From: Botryllus schlosseri | Lineage: Eukaryota | Direction of reading: 5' to 3' | Assembly: GCA_051294905.1 (NCBI GenBank) | Contig: CM119372.1 | Location: 21,206,001 to 21,266,000 of the forward strand | DNA length: 60,000 bases | Part shown: one piece after another, positions 1-12,389 of the stretch | How positions within the stretch are numbered: position 1 is the first letter of the stretch | Layout of the letters: each line of letters starts with the position of its first letter | Notes under the pieces: generated by a model | What the model was told of the DNA's origin: nothing | What the model saw: the letters and a program-made list of their open reading frames with translations, nothing else | Databases searched by the model: none | Made by a program: the position numbers and the translations under genes

Positions 1-60
1 GAAAATGTGTGGAGTCGGAGCCGGAGTCGATGGTAAAATTTACCGACTCCACAGCCCTGG

Positions 61-512
61 TTATAAGGGACCTATCCCGTGACATATCGGATTCCGAATT
101 GTTAGAGGAATTGAACTCTTTCCATGTCACGTTCATGAAGCGACGTAAAAGGAGGTCTAATAAGGAGCTTGTGGCCAGCATGACTTGCACAAAATGCGGG
201 GGTCGAGATCACAGATACGAATCTTGTGCGAATGATAAGAAATGCCTTAATTGTCATCAATCGCACAGTGCCGCCTACGCAGGCTAACCGACGTATCGAG
301 AAGAGGCCAAGATTCAGTGCGTGAGAGTACGCTCGAACATAACATATGGCGAAGCTAGGACTGTCATTCGCACGCAAACAGCAAATATTCAAAGTGAAAA
401 CATTGCAGTCTCGTACGCTCACAACTCAGCCTCTACCCCGAATAGTAATAAAGTTCGCGGCCCTGGTGCGCGTCCAGCGCAAAACGATGGCGATCTTAGA
501 CGTCTTCAATGA
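61..512 (+). pseudogene. Decayed LINE ORF1 (gag-like, zinc knuckles), element A
   Basis: ORF 9-287 contains CTKCGGRDH...C and CLNCHQSHSA CCHC knuckles, and the next ORF has an ITYGEAR motif typical of I/Jockey-group ORF1; broken by a stop. Confidence 0.75.
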
Positions 513-799
513 AGAAATATATCACCATCTCCACAAGTGTCATTGAACCCTGTGAGCAGTGTACCCTAAAGCGGTGAGTGTAAAGTACTGAAACTCGACA
601 CCGTGCCACTGCTAGCAATGATTGCACAAATTGTTCAGATTACAATATCTGCGTCCAAGTGGGGAAACACTGATATATAGAGGCAAAAGTGTCCAGTAGC
701 TATTTAGGACACCAGATCTCCCCTACCGCGCTCCAGAGCTCATCAAATTTGGTGGACCAATATCAGCAGGAAGAAGATATACTGGCATTTCCAGCAGTC

Positions 800-1600
800 A
801 TGACGCATAAACAACTTACAGTGCTACAATGAAATTGCCGCGGGATTTACCGCAAATTATACGAGTTCAAAAATTTCCTGACATTCCTTGATCATAAACC
901 AGACGTAATAGTACTTCCGGAACCCCATTTCATTGCTAAATACACGCCAAAATTAAGAGGATACAAACTATTTAGGATGGACAATACCGTCCATAAAGGT
1001 GGTCTCGCAACATTCGCCTCCGAAGCACTGAGCTCAGTTGAGGAGCCATCTATAATATCGCGATGTTTCGAACTACTGTGTGTAGAAGTTGGGACCACGG
1101 CGATATTCAACGTCTATGTGTCTCCGGAGTGCCGATTAGAAACGAATGCTTTGTCATTTCTCGACTGTCTGCCATCTCGCAGTTTCGTATGCAGGGATTT
1201 CAATGCCCACCATTGCTCGTGGAGTCATAGAAATAATCAGCGTGGTAGTCGTCTTTGCGAAGCTATCGAAAGAAACAACATCGTTGCAGTGAACACCTCT
1301 CAACCAACCAGGGTCAATCTGTCCGTAAACGCCGAGCATCGATGGTCACTTATTATTGATCTGACGCTGGCTTCACCAAGAATCGCCCACAAATGCCACA
1401 CTACGGTCTCACAACACCTTTTAGTAAACGACCACTAGGTGGTTTTCGCCTAGTGTAATGGAGGTCAAAACCGAAGTGAAGCCAGGCCAACAAAGTGGTG
1501 CCTGCAACAAGCAAAATGGTCGGAATTCTCAAAATCTGTGGGCAACATGATGGGTGAATCTATGTCGGGTGATGTGGAAGAACTTAACAGTGCGATTACA
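800..1600 (+). pseudogene. Decayed LINE ORF2 apurinic-endonuclease domain, element A
   Basis: VLQ*NCRG start, KGGLATF, NVYVSP, CRDFNAHH..W, IIDLTLAS and NDH motifs of the APE/EEP domain; internal stops. Confidence 0.85.
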
Positions 1601-1605
1601 AATTC

Positions 1606-3780
1606 ATCATCATCATTGGTTTATTAGCAATTTTATCAGTTCAATACACCACAAAAAATGCGATACAATGAAAAGACAGGAAGATGTCGAAGCGACAAGG
1701 AGTAGTCTATGGAATCTGACACCCACCTTGGCCTAGGCGATGTAAAGAGGAGGCATGCACACCTAATGAAAGTAAAGAAGATAGTATAGAAAAAGAAAGC
1801 GACAATAAATAGGGCGGCATGTCATGGGAAGAGAGATCGATAGGTCAGTCGTGGTCCGGTAATCTTGAGGATGGACTGTATTTATTTAGTAGTAATTGCT
1901 TGTATTTCGACTTGAATGTGGACATGCTCGTCGACTGTCGGATGGCCGGCGGGATACTGTTCCACACATCAGGTCCGGCATATTTGATAGAGCGATGATC
2001 TTTTCGGTCGATCATATGATATTTGGACGACGTGGACGCGCGTGTGTTGTAGCCTACTTGTGCGCTTTTGATTCCGAGGTAAAGAAGTCATTGAAATATT
2101 CGGGGCAACGACCGCAGTGGAACTGATACATAAACTTGGCGATTTCTAGTTTCCGCATATCTTCTATGTTTAGGACGCCGAATCTCTTCAGCAGCGACTT
2201 GTTGGATGGGCAGCCAGGCCCCTTTGGGGCCCTAGCTGTGATTCGGAGTACTTTATGTTGTAGTTTTTGTAGTGGCTTGAGTGCAGTTTTACTGGCAGCC
2301 CCCCAACAGAGGATGCCATAGTGTAACTTCGATTGGATTAAGGATTTAAAGAGTATCAGAAGAACCCATGCTGGCATGAAGCGCCTAAGGCTGTAGAACA
2401 GGCCGCACTTCGGCGATAACTTAGTTTCTAGGGACTGAATATGACTCTTCCAGGACATGTTCGAGTCCAGTAAAACCCCGAAATATTTGGCATTATCTGT
2501 GTTGGAAACGGGCTGACCAGCGATATTAACGGTTAGGTTATTTTTTTGAATTTACTGTCAGCAATTGCGATTTCGAGGCGTTTAGGCAAAGGTTGTTCTG
2601 GGCCGTCCACTCATGGACTTTGGGCATTTGGTCACCAGTCAGGGCATCCAGCTCTGCCGTCGAAGATGCGGAAGAGAGGAGGTGAGTATCATCAGCGAAC
2701 AGTGTGGTGTTCAATGAGGAGGTTTCAAAAATGTCGTTGACATATAAGGTGAAAAGGACCGGTCCAAGTACTGAGCCTTGGGGCACACCACAGGTCACCA
2801 GGTGAGGAGAGGACAAGGTGTCTGAGATCGCAACCATTTGTTGGCGTCCAGTGAGGTAACTTTTCATGAGCTCAAGTTGTGGGCCCCGAAGTCCGTAACG
2901 CGCCAATTTCGAGATGAGAATTTTATGATCTACGCAGTCAAACGCTTTTTTTAGATCGAGAAAAATGCTACATCCCACATTTCGCTTCTCTGAGATATCA
3001 TAAATAATACTGTTCGGCCACTGTTAGGAGGGCATGTGCGGTTTGGTGTTTGTTTCGGAAGCCAAATTGTTGAGGGGAAATGACAGACATTTTGGCGAGG
3101 AATGAGGACAGGCGGGAGAGGAGCAACTTTTCGAATACAACCCCGATGCACGGGAGAACGGATATCGGACGGTAGTTGGTGACATTAGTTCTATCCCCAG
3201 CTTTGTGTACAGGGACTACTCTGGCTTTTTTTTAGATAGCTTGGGTAGACTCCATTTTCTATCATGAAGTTGAAAAAAAGGGCCATATATTGACCGATAT
3301 GCATGCTTATCATTTTTAAAAACCATGATGGGATTTGGTCATAGCCGTCGGCCTTGCGCGATTTCAGTTTGTGGATGGCTACTTCTACTTCGTATTTGGT
3401 CGTAGGTTCAAGCACAATTGACTGGGATATCGATCTCACCTCTGACCTGGCCGACACAGGTTTTGTAATAGAAGAAGCAATATTTGGGCCTACGTTACAA
3501 AAATATTCATTGAAGTGATTCGCGATGGCCGCCGGGTCTGAAAGTTTGTTTCCGGTATCCGACTTCACAATTTCCGAAACAGACTTATGGCCTTTTTTTT
3601 CGATGTAGGAGAGAGTTAAGTCCTGACCATGTTTTTCGAGTGTACTTTATGTGTCTGTTGAAAAATCTCTCATTGTACTTTGCTTTTGCCTTGGAAATGA
3701 GATGCACGGTGCGATTCCTGAAACATCGAAATCTTTCTCGTTCACGTTCTGGGCAGTTCTTGGTGTCTAATCGGTGGCGA
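1606..3780 (-). mobile_element. 5'-truncated LINE (CR1/L2/Crack-like RT), element B, inserted into element A
   Basis: Minus ORFs give IANHFNEYF, FLDLKKAFDCVDH, GVPQGSVLGPVLF, FADDT, KYFGVLLDSNMSWKSHI; frameshifted; 3' end has AATAAA plus an (ATG)n tail at about 1606-1625. Confidence 0.9.
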
Positions 3781-4147
3781 AATGGCAGCGCAAATTTCAG
3801 TACCTCGATCGCGCGCTTCTGCTAAGATACCGGTCCCATGGTGGAACGAAGACTGCGCCCGGGCAGTACGCCGCAAGAAAGCAGCCTTTCAAAAAATGAA
3901 GAGAACGTTTGCCATGACGGAGGTGGTACCTTTCAAGTAAGTGCGATCAGAATGCCGCAAAATTATATCATCAGCTTAACGAAAATGCTGGGAGGATTTC
4001 TGTGATTCGATCAATCTGAAAACGAGCTCTTCTAGGATCTGGAAAACAATTGCAGCCGTGTGCGGTTCCACGACACACCGCACCATGCCGACGATACACT
4101 CCGGGGACAACAGTTACCATGACGACAAATCTAAAGCACCTATTTTC

Positions 4148-5641
4148 CAGTGTCGAGTCACCTTTTTCGTGTGACTTGACTTGACTCTAGTCACTTTGCA
4201 AAAATGAGTTGACTTGACTTGACTCGGCGCTTCAGAAATGTGGATTGACTCGTGACTCGGAGCAAAATTCACGAGTCAATTTCAAGTCATTAAGTAAACT
4301 GTGTCGATTAAATAACCATATCTTGTTTATGTTTGGGTTGTTCGCGATACGCCGGTGTCACTTGTGAAAGCAACTAGTCATTCGCTGATTGTACGTTTCA
4401 CTGATTCTCCATTGTCACATCACAAATAATTTGACCGCTAACGAAACAATCACAGCTTACGTTATCGTAGTAGCAATAGATTAATCTAATAGCAACGTGT
4501 ATCCTTGTTTCTAAGACGGCTCAGAGCTTACATTGCGGATGTGCTCACCTTTACCAACCATCTTGTTTGATATATAACGAACGAATATAGTTTACGCGTT
4601 TATATTCTCACGGATGTGTATTTGGGCAGTGTATTGTACCACATCAATTTCTTCAACTTCTCGAGGATTCGTATTCGATACTCAATATTGGCCGATAAAA
4701 TCAGACTGTAGATGTAACTATAAAATTATTCGCATATTTTATTAGCAGTTCTACGTTTGCGTGAGTGCTGCAACATCGTTTTGCATGTATATTTATCTTT
4801 ATATTCGTTATTTGATTCAAGATAAATGGCCAATTCATCTGTCCTTAATCTAGTTAGCAAAATGTAATCATCATCATCATCATTGGTTTATTAGCAATTT
4901 TATCAGTTCAATACACCACAAAAAATGCGATACAATGAATAGACAGGAAGATTTCGAAGCGACTTGGATTTGTCAATGGAATCGGACACCCACCTTGGCC
5001 TAGGCGTAGTAAAGAGGAGGCATGCACACTGAATGAAAGTAAAGAATACAGTATAGAAAAAGAAAGCGACAAGAAATAGGGCGGCATGTCATGGGAAGCG
5101 AGATCGATAGGTCAGTCGTGGTCCGGTAATCTTGAGGATGGACTGTATTTATTTAGTAGTAATTGCTTGTATTTCGACTTGAATGTGGACATGCTCGTCG
5201 ACTGTCGGATGGCCGGCGGGATACTGTTCCACACATCAGGTCCGGCATATTTGATGGAGCGATGATCTTTTCGGTCGATCATATGATATTTGGACGACGT
5301 GGACGCGCGTGTGTTGTACTTGTGCGCTTTTGATTCCGAGGTAAAGAAGTCATTGAAATATTCGGGGCAACGACCGCAGTGAAACTGATACATAAACTTG
5401 GCGATTTCTAGTTTTGCATCATCACTCATACTTCGAAATTTCAATTTGACTTGAATCGTGACTTGACTCGTGACTTGACTTGACTTGACTCGACTTGACT
5501 CGAGTCACCTCCAAGAAACGAGTGACTTGACTTGACTCGAGTCACCTTTGAAAATCGATTGACTTGACTTGACTCGAGTCAAAATGTGCAATGACTCGAG
5601 ATGACTCGTGACTCGAAGGTAGTGACTTGATCCCAACACTG
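4148..5641. mobile_element. hAT-type non-autonomous element with GACTT/GACTC subterminal repeats
   Basis: CAGTG...CACTG ends with an exact 8-bp TSD CTATTTTC (4140-4147 and 5642-5649). Confidence 0.85.
4868..5415 (-). mobile_element. Second, shorter 3' fragment of LINE B inside the hAT element
   Basis: Near-identical to 1606-2150 (same C-terminal peptide LEIAKFMYQFHCGRCPEY and 3' UTR); flanked by CATCATCA on both sides. Confidence 0.9.
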
Positions 5642-6792
5642 CTATTTTCTCATCAGTGTTTTCCAGCGTCTCTATAGTAATCATAATTATTCGGCAAAGT
5701 TCCATTCAAAGCAGTCGGAGTTTCTGAAGAGTAATGATCCGATACCAGGACTCGAAAGTGGTAACGAACTTTCAATCAACATACATGCCTTTCAGCCTTG
5801 CCGAATTAAGTTCTGTTGTACATAGCCGTCGCGACTCGTGCCCGGGAGAGGATTCGATATGCTATACGCCATGCTGAAGAACTTGTATTGCCTATCCACG
5901 TCGCGGCTACAGAATCTGTTCAATGAATCCTGGTTAAAAGGCCAGATTCCCCGTGATTGGAAACACTCTGTTGTGATTCCAATACTGAAACCTGGTAAGG
6001 ATGCGTCGAATCCTAAATATTACCGTCCAATATCGCCTACGAGTCGTCTTCGAATGTGTTCGAAGTAATGATGGCCTGCAGATTGCGCTGGCTCCTAGAA
6101 TCACGAAGTCTTCTCCGTCACTCTCAATCTGGTTTCCGGGAAGGACGTAGCACCCTCGATCACATTATGCGAATGCATGATACACTGATACAGCTTACAA
6201 AGCGATAAATAACAAGCGTTCAACAGTGGCCGTGTATTTGGATTTCGAGTGTGCGTATGACATGGTGTGGGGTCGTGGATTATTGTACTGAATTTTGATT
6301 CATTGCCTTGGGCCAAGTTTGCAGACCTGGAGGGTTTGGGGTATGGTATTTGATTTGTTTTATGAACTATCGCTTTGTTGTTTAGCTCTTTGCGGAAATA
6401 TTTTCGGTTATGTTATGTTGCGTATGTAAATTTGACGGTCTCGCCAGGCCGTCCGTGAAATGGGGAAGTATCTAATTTGATGGTTCTGCAGGCGCTGACG
6501 GCGAAAGGCTGTCACGGGGGTTTCAAACCTAAAGAACGTGAAAATGCACGCATGATCGATTGAATATAGCGAAGAAAGAAATGAAACAAGCAGATACTTT
6601 GCAAATGTAATACTGTTGGGTTATACAACGGAGCCTTTCGAGTGTTTCATACCCAAGCAATTCAAAAAATATATAAATGCAACTTTTTACTGCAACTTTT
6701 GTTGAAATGAAGTGCGACGTTCACATGATTTATAGTGCAACAAAAACTTGCCGTAGTGATCACCCTATTCAAATCTCCTGTATGATCTAAAG

Positions 6793-8140
6793 CAGTGGTT
6801 CTCAACCGCCGGTCCGCGGACCGGTGCCGGTCCGCGACGATATTTTTGCCGGTCCGCGAGGTAAATTAGGATTTTATACCTAAATTTCAAGATGCAATGT
6901 GTTAAAGGCTTTATCACTCATCAAATTGTAAACTCATTCAGAACTGCGTGAGGTAACATTAGGCATCGAAACATGTTCGATTTTACTTGAAGTTCGAGAT
7001 CGCTGGTGACGACATATACGAGCGGACTCGTTAAACCGCTTAGTTTGCACGATCATTCGTTTTCGATTCATTCATTTTGTGGATGACCAGGTATCGATGC
7101 TGCCTGCTGTTTTACTCTCGGCAACGCAATTTTACCTGACTCAGCAGACACACTACCGTAAAATCACATGAATACCATCATGAACATATTTAATTACGAA
7201 AAAAAACCTCGAATTGTCGCTCTCTAGTGCAGGGGTGGCCAACCTGCGGCCGTAGCAGAAAATTTGTGAGGAAGTCGACACGTATTTCAATGAGAACGTG
7301 TTGGCGGCCGTCGACAAGAAAATTGAATTTACGAATTGACTCCCGATTAAACCCGCGATTCAATGCGATTTCGTTTCTCGATTTTAATATCATAGCGCCC
7401 CCTTTGCAATCTGAGCCCCACAGTACAGATGTGAATATTAAAGGAAAATGGTGCGCCCTAACAACTTGGAATCGTGTGCTCCTGACGAAAGATTTTTGTT
7501 TCTGTCGCGTTTGGGTGATTTCAATATCTTTTCACTTTGACCGACAATCCTGATGGAAGGTCAAGTAAAGTAATAACAGGAAAAAAGTCACTGTACTAGC
7601 AATAGGCCTATCAGTAGATGCATCATCATTTATAATTTGCCCTACATTTTTGAAAACACTCTCTCAATCAACTCTACTGTTGAATCTGATTACATGGGCT
7701 GAAAACGGATAAATATTTCATAGTAATATGTACAACTGCTTATATAGGACGAAATGCATTCGTGGATCTGAAAAATATTTCGCGCCTCGCGCGACCAAAG
7801 CCGTGTACGTATAGTAAGGCCGATATGAAAAACTAGATTAATCCGGAGTTCAACAGAAATGGACATGAACACTGCATGGTGGGCAGTTAACATGAGTATT
7901 TGGCGTCCAGTTACCTCACTACGGATATGCCCAGGTATGCGGCCGTAGGCTAGATAAGTAATGTAAATGCGGCCGCCAATAGCAAAAAGGTTGTCCACCG
8001 CTGCTCTAGTACAATATTTGCAAAAAACGGTTGCATACCTTACATTACGGGTTTATTTCAATTTTTGAAGGGCCGCCGGTCCGCCAAATATTTTTTGAAA
8101 TTTTACCGGTCCGCGAGGCCAAAAAGGTTGAGAACCACTG
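6793..8140. mobile_element. hAT (Charlie-like) MITE
   Basis: TIR CAGTGGTTCTCAACC / GGTTGAGAACCACTG; 8-bp TSD ATCTAAAG. Confidence 0.9.
7230..8003. mobile_element. hAT MITE nested in the previous element
   Basis: CAGGGGTGGCCAACC / GGTTGTCCACCGCTG ends; TSD CTCTAGTG/CTCTAGTA; its left end matches the end of 46433-48904. Confidence 0.8.
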
Positions 8141-8148
8141 ATCTAAAG

Positions 8149-9370
8149 CAGTGCTTCTCAACCTTTTTCAGTTCGCGACCCACTTTTCATCCAAATTTCA
8201 TTGCGCGACCCACTAGATGCCCTTTCGCGATTAACGTTTAAACCACTGCTCGTGGGTGCCCGTTTTTATGTTGTAAGTGTGTTACAGTTATCTGGTCGCA
8301 CCTAGCGTGAATATTTTCCGGAATTCATGATGGCATTTGGTCCATGATATTGCCAATTACATATACTACTATGAATTTTTGGCGACAGCGATATTCGGAG
8401 ACAGCCATTTAGGCGCCTACCGTATATAGTCCATGGACAATTCGGCATACATATACCGAAGGTTTAGATCCTTTTCGGCAGAGGTTTTCTCACTGTCGAC
8501 CTTTTTTGCTGCACAATTCACGGAGTCGCATGTTGGCCGAAACTTCATATGTCTTTGTGTGTCGTGGCGCGGTAATGGCCGACACCGAAAGGTCTATTTC
8601 TATAAATTATGCGTATTATTCTATTAGATAGATGGGCATACCGCCGCTATTAAAACCAAGATATCTAACGATGCCAATTGGCGACACGCGCTAAGAAAAT
8701 TTGAAAGAAGTTTAATAACTCTCCAAACAAATACTCTATAATTTATGTTGATTCATGAGATTATTTTGTCCCCTCTTCAAGCTCGATGCACCAATTGGGG
8801 GATTAGGGTGGGGCAGTTAAAATTCTGCTCGGCCTGGTGTAAATGACCATTGTAGTAGAAAAACACCATGAATACCACAAACAACAACAGACGAGCAAAC
8901 GCGTATCTAATCAGCCATTCGTGTTTACGTCTAACACAAAGGCCAAAGGGGTTATGAGTAACTTGCGTTGCTGCAATTGTTTGCTGACTACAACGACAAA
9001 TCGGGCTGGATTTCTGCATTTCCATATCAACGTTAACAAAGCCTTTGGAGGAAAGAATGAATTTCAATCTCAAGCATACACAATTACGCACGGTCGGATT
9101 TCACGCAGCAACCAATATGACTGTGACGAAAATCTGGCTCACGAATTATTGTTAGCACGGCAACGTGGTTTGTAGCGATTATGGGCGCAAAACAATTTAA
9201 TTTGGAGGAGAATGTGCATTAACTCTTCTAATCTTGACAATGTAAAGTGTCTAGATTGAATAGTTGGAAAATTGAATACGAAAGTGTAACAGTTAAAACG
9301 TCTTCGCGGCCCACCTAAAACAGCTTCGCGGCTCACTGGTGGGTCGCGACCCACCGGATGAGAAGCACTG
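8149..9370. mobile_element. hAT (Charlie-like) MITE abutting the previous one
   Basis: TIR CAGTGCTTCTCA / TGAGAAGCACTG; flanked by ATCTAAAG on both sides. Confidence 0.9.
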
Positions 9371-9624
9371 ATCTAAAGTTTATATTACCAGTCAAGCATT
9401 GACGCAAGCTTAAATTGCATCCCATTGATATGTAGTGGGGGATGTATCATATCAATTCGTTTCCCCTATCCGAGATATCGTATTCTGTACTCCAACTTGG
9501 CGGATAATTAAAGACTGAGGGTAGGCTTATACAGAAGTCGCGATTTCAAATAAATGGCGACTCAATATGAATTTCAAACAGCTAGCAAAATGCAATTACT
9601 TAATCATGTCTGGTACTTCGAAAA

Positions 9625-9799
9625 GACAACTTGACTTGAATTGTGACTTGACTCGAGTCACTTCCAAAAATCGATTGACTTGACTTGACTCGACTCGAGT
9701 CACTTTCAAATATCGATTGACTTGACTTGACTCGAGTCAAATTATGCAATGACTCGAGATGACTTGTGACTCGACGGGAGCGACTTTATCCCAACACTG
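9625..9799. repeat. End fragment of the GACTT-repeat hAT family
   Basis: GACTTGACTTGACTCGAG arrays ending in ATCCCAACACTG, as at 5450-5641; an inverted-orientation end occurs at 14958-15110. Confidence 0.75.
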
Positions 9800-10012
9800 G
9801 TTGGTACTGAGTGAATACAGCACGTTTTGTGACTTCTGATAGACAAGAAAGACCAAACTAAAACGTTTTACATGGTTAATTCTAGACTAGAAATATCAAT
9901 TCATGACTCTGCTAAAATTAAATTACTTTTGACTTATGCAAAAAATCACTATGTCTGTTATGGGTGATGAGCGCCATTACATTTTTACAATACTAATCGC
10001 AAATATTGTTAA

Positions 10013-10083
10013 GGAGACGCGAGGGATTGAACCAAGGACCTCTCGACCTGCGGCCGAGCGCTCTACCACTGAGCTACGTCCCC
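10013..10083 (-). pseudogene. tRNA-Ala-derived pseudogene or SINE head
   Basis: Reverse complement GGGGACG TA GCTC AGTGGTA GAGC G CTCGG CCGCAGG TCGAG AGGTC CTTGG TTCAATC CCTCG CGTCTCC folds as a cloverleaf with G3:U70 and A/B boxes, but the T-stem has two mismatches and U33 is missing. Confidence 0.7.
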
Positions 10084-12209
10084 ACCATCCCGAGTTCTTA
10101 TAAAACGTAATATTTTACTTGAGGCCATTTAGCATTCGGTAGGCTAATTTACGATGCTTGGTTGCTGTGAAAGTTATTCAAAGGTAACGAAGTAGGCTAC
10201 GTATACTTCCCCGAAGTACTAAATCAGTTTATCTATAACTGTAGTATTTACTCAAGTAGATCTAATTTGCAGCTACCTACTTCGTCATATTTTGTGATTT
10301 ACTAACTTTTCGCTATTGATATTTTTGTCAAGTAGAAGTATTATGTTCTTCCAATAAGCAGGCTTGTAATGACTCGAGTCGCGATTTTTTCTTGACTCGA
10401 CTTGACTCGAGCAAATTTTTGAAATGGGCAATTGGGCATACTCACTCGACTCGACCACGTCGCAAATCGTCCGAAGGCTCACTCTACTTAGTATCAGTAT
10501 CAGTATATACATATTTTCATCATTTCAAAACACCTCAAAACTGCGATACAAAGATAGGAAGGTGTCGAAACGATTATGAGATAATTATACAGCTTATGAA
10601 ATCGCATTTGAATAAAACATTGTTCAAACACCTCTTGTTTTAAACGCAGCTCAAGTTATAACTGTTGGGTTGCATTGGCATCACATCCGATCGATGTCGC
10701 TCTTCCGCTGTCATCTTTCTAATTCAATCCAGTCTGAAATGAAAAGAAAGCAATCCGATCGCGTGTTGCAAAATGACTGGCAAACTCGGTGTACTACTAC
10801 ATTACTGCTGTTACTCAGGAAAAATTCGGAGCGAGGAACCGAGGTGTATAGTAACTCATCAGTGTGCTGAGAAAGCGTTTAGAAGTTATCTTAATGCAAC
10901 GAGTTAGTCAACCATAATCGGCCAGTTCAATTACATTTTGAATGGATTTTTTTTGCCTTTTCGAAATAGTTCTTCTCGGCGAAACTTTGCGGGTTTCCGT
11001 TACACTCCCCCTTTTGCAACATAGAATACCAGTCCTACTGTCTGAGTCCGTTATAGTGATACGCAAGTGAACCTAATGTGGGTTGAACTTCCCCCGTCGA
11101 TTATTGTACGTCAACAGCGCTATATAGCGGCGCCAAATAGAAACGGAACCATGGTGTCTGTGATAGCCTACATCACTTCGCGACCGCTAAAAGTTCGACT
11201 TGTTGGGACTGATATGTCTTGTATTATCATTAATATCATTGTACAATATCAAACATATAATGCTGCAAATGCCATTGTCGCTGTATCCCGAGTTGCAGAA
11301 AATCAGCAGGATACGCACGGCATGTTGGAATGTGTGTAAGGCAATTGAGCACATCCTGACTCATTTTCAATGCCTGTTTGCTGAGTAAGATTTGTTACAA
11401 TCGGAAAGCTAAAAAAGGAAGCAAGAGTTTTCGTGCCTTATCGAAGGAGTTTGTACGACTGAGATAGGAAGGGATCGAAAGGATTTCGAATCGGCACCGC
11501 CGTTTTTCCACTCCGCGCTATGCCGAGTACCGAGCTCATTACTTGAACATGATGACTCGAAAGTAGCTCAGTTACTCGAATCCACAACTTAATGACTAAG
11601 AAATCGAACACTCTTATAGCACTGAGATAACTAGATGTAGGCAGTTGCTGTTGCTTTTATTGAGTAACTATCGTTTATGCGCGTCCGCTATATATATATA
11701 CTGTTTTTACTGTTTTGATTATTAATTGAAATGAGACTTTTCCAACCAAGAGGTGGTGACTGGTCAGTGGTCATGATACCTTTCCAGTAATATAGTAAAT
11801 TGCACGGCACGTCAACCCAACAGCGAGACATCATTATTTCATCGAAATGTCAACCAAGTTGGTTAAGGGTATGCGGTCGGAAGTGTATATGATGCCGATG
11901 GAAGGAAAAAGGTAGGAATAAGATTGCTAAGAAGAAACTAAGAAGAAATATTTTAAAGGACATGTGCAGGAATATAAAGTATAGCTGAATAATTTTAATG
12001 TTATGACTCGCAACCAGCAGCATGGAGTTGCGTGCAACAGAAAGCGCGATGATTCTCGACTGCAATTTCTTTCGCAGAGGAATTTTTTTATTACCTTTGG
12101 ATCCGATAAGGAAGCAGTATAGACCCCACTGAGAAGTATAAATAGTTCATGGATACCTCTAGTAACGATTTAGGCACATCATCGTCACGAGCTAATCAAA
12201 ACACATGAC

Positions 12210-12389
12210 ATGGATATGAATAGCTTTCCACCAAAACTGCATTCCGGGCAGGAACAAGAATTGAAGTCGAATGCAAGTTATAGTCGTAACGAAACTAAGG
12301 ACGAAGCGGGAACGAACGTTCCGGATAAACAGCAAGTGAATGAAATGCACGTGCGGTCTATATGGAACAGATTTGTAAATATGGTTCGG
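12210..12389 (+). CDS. CNG channel putative first coding exon
   Basis: ATG-initiated open frame ending at a strong donor CGG|GTAAGT, phase 0; no homology motif. Confidence 0.6.

Larger units (their letters stand above)
3812..6300 (+). pseudogene. Remainder of LINE A ORF2 (linker and RT N-terminus), interrupted by the MITE at 4148-5641
   Basis: PVPWWNEDC motif near 3830; LQNLFNESWLKGQIPRDWKHSVVIPILKPGKDASNPKYYRPIS at 5838-6068; QSGFREGRST and AVYLDFECAYDMVW downstream. Confidence 0.8.
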
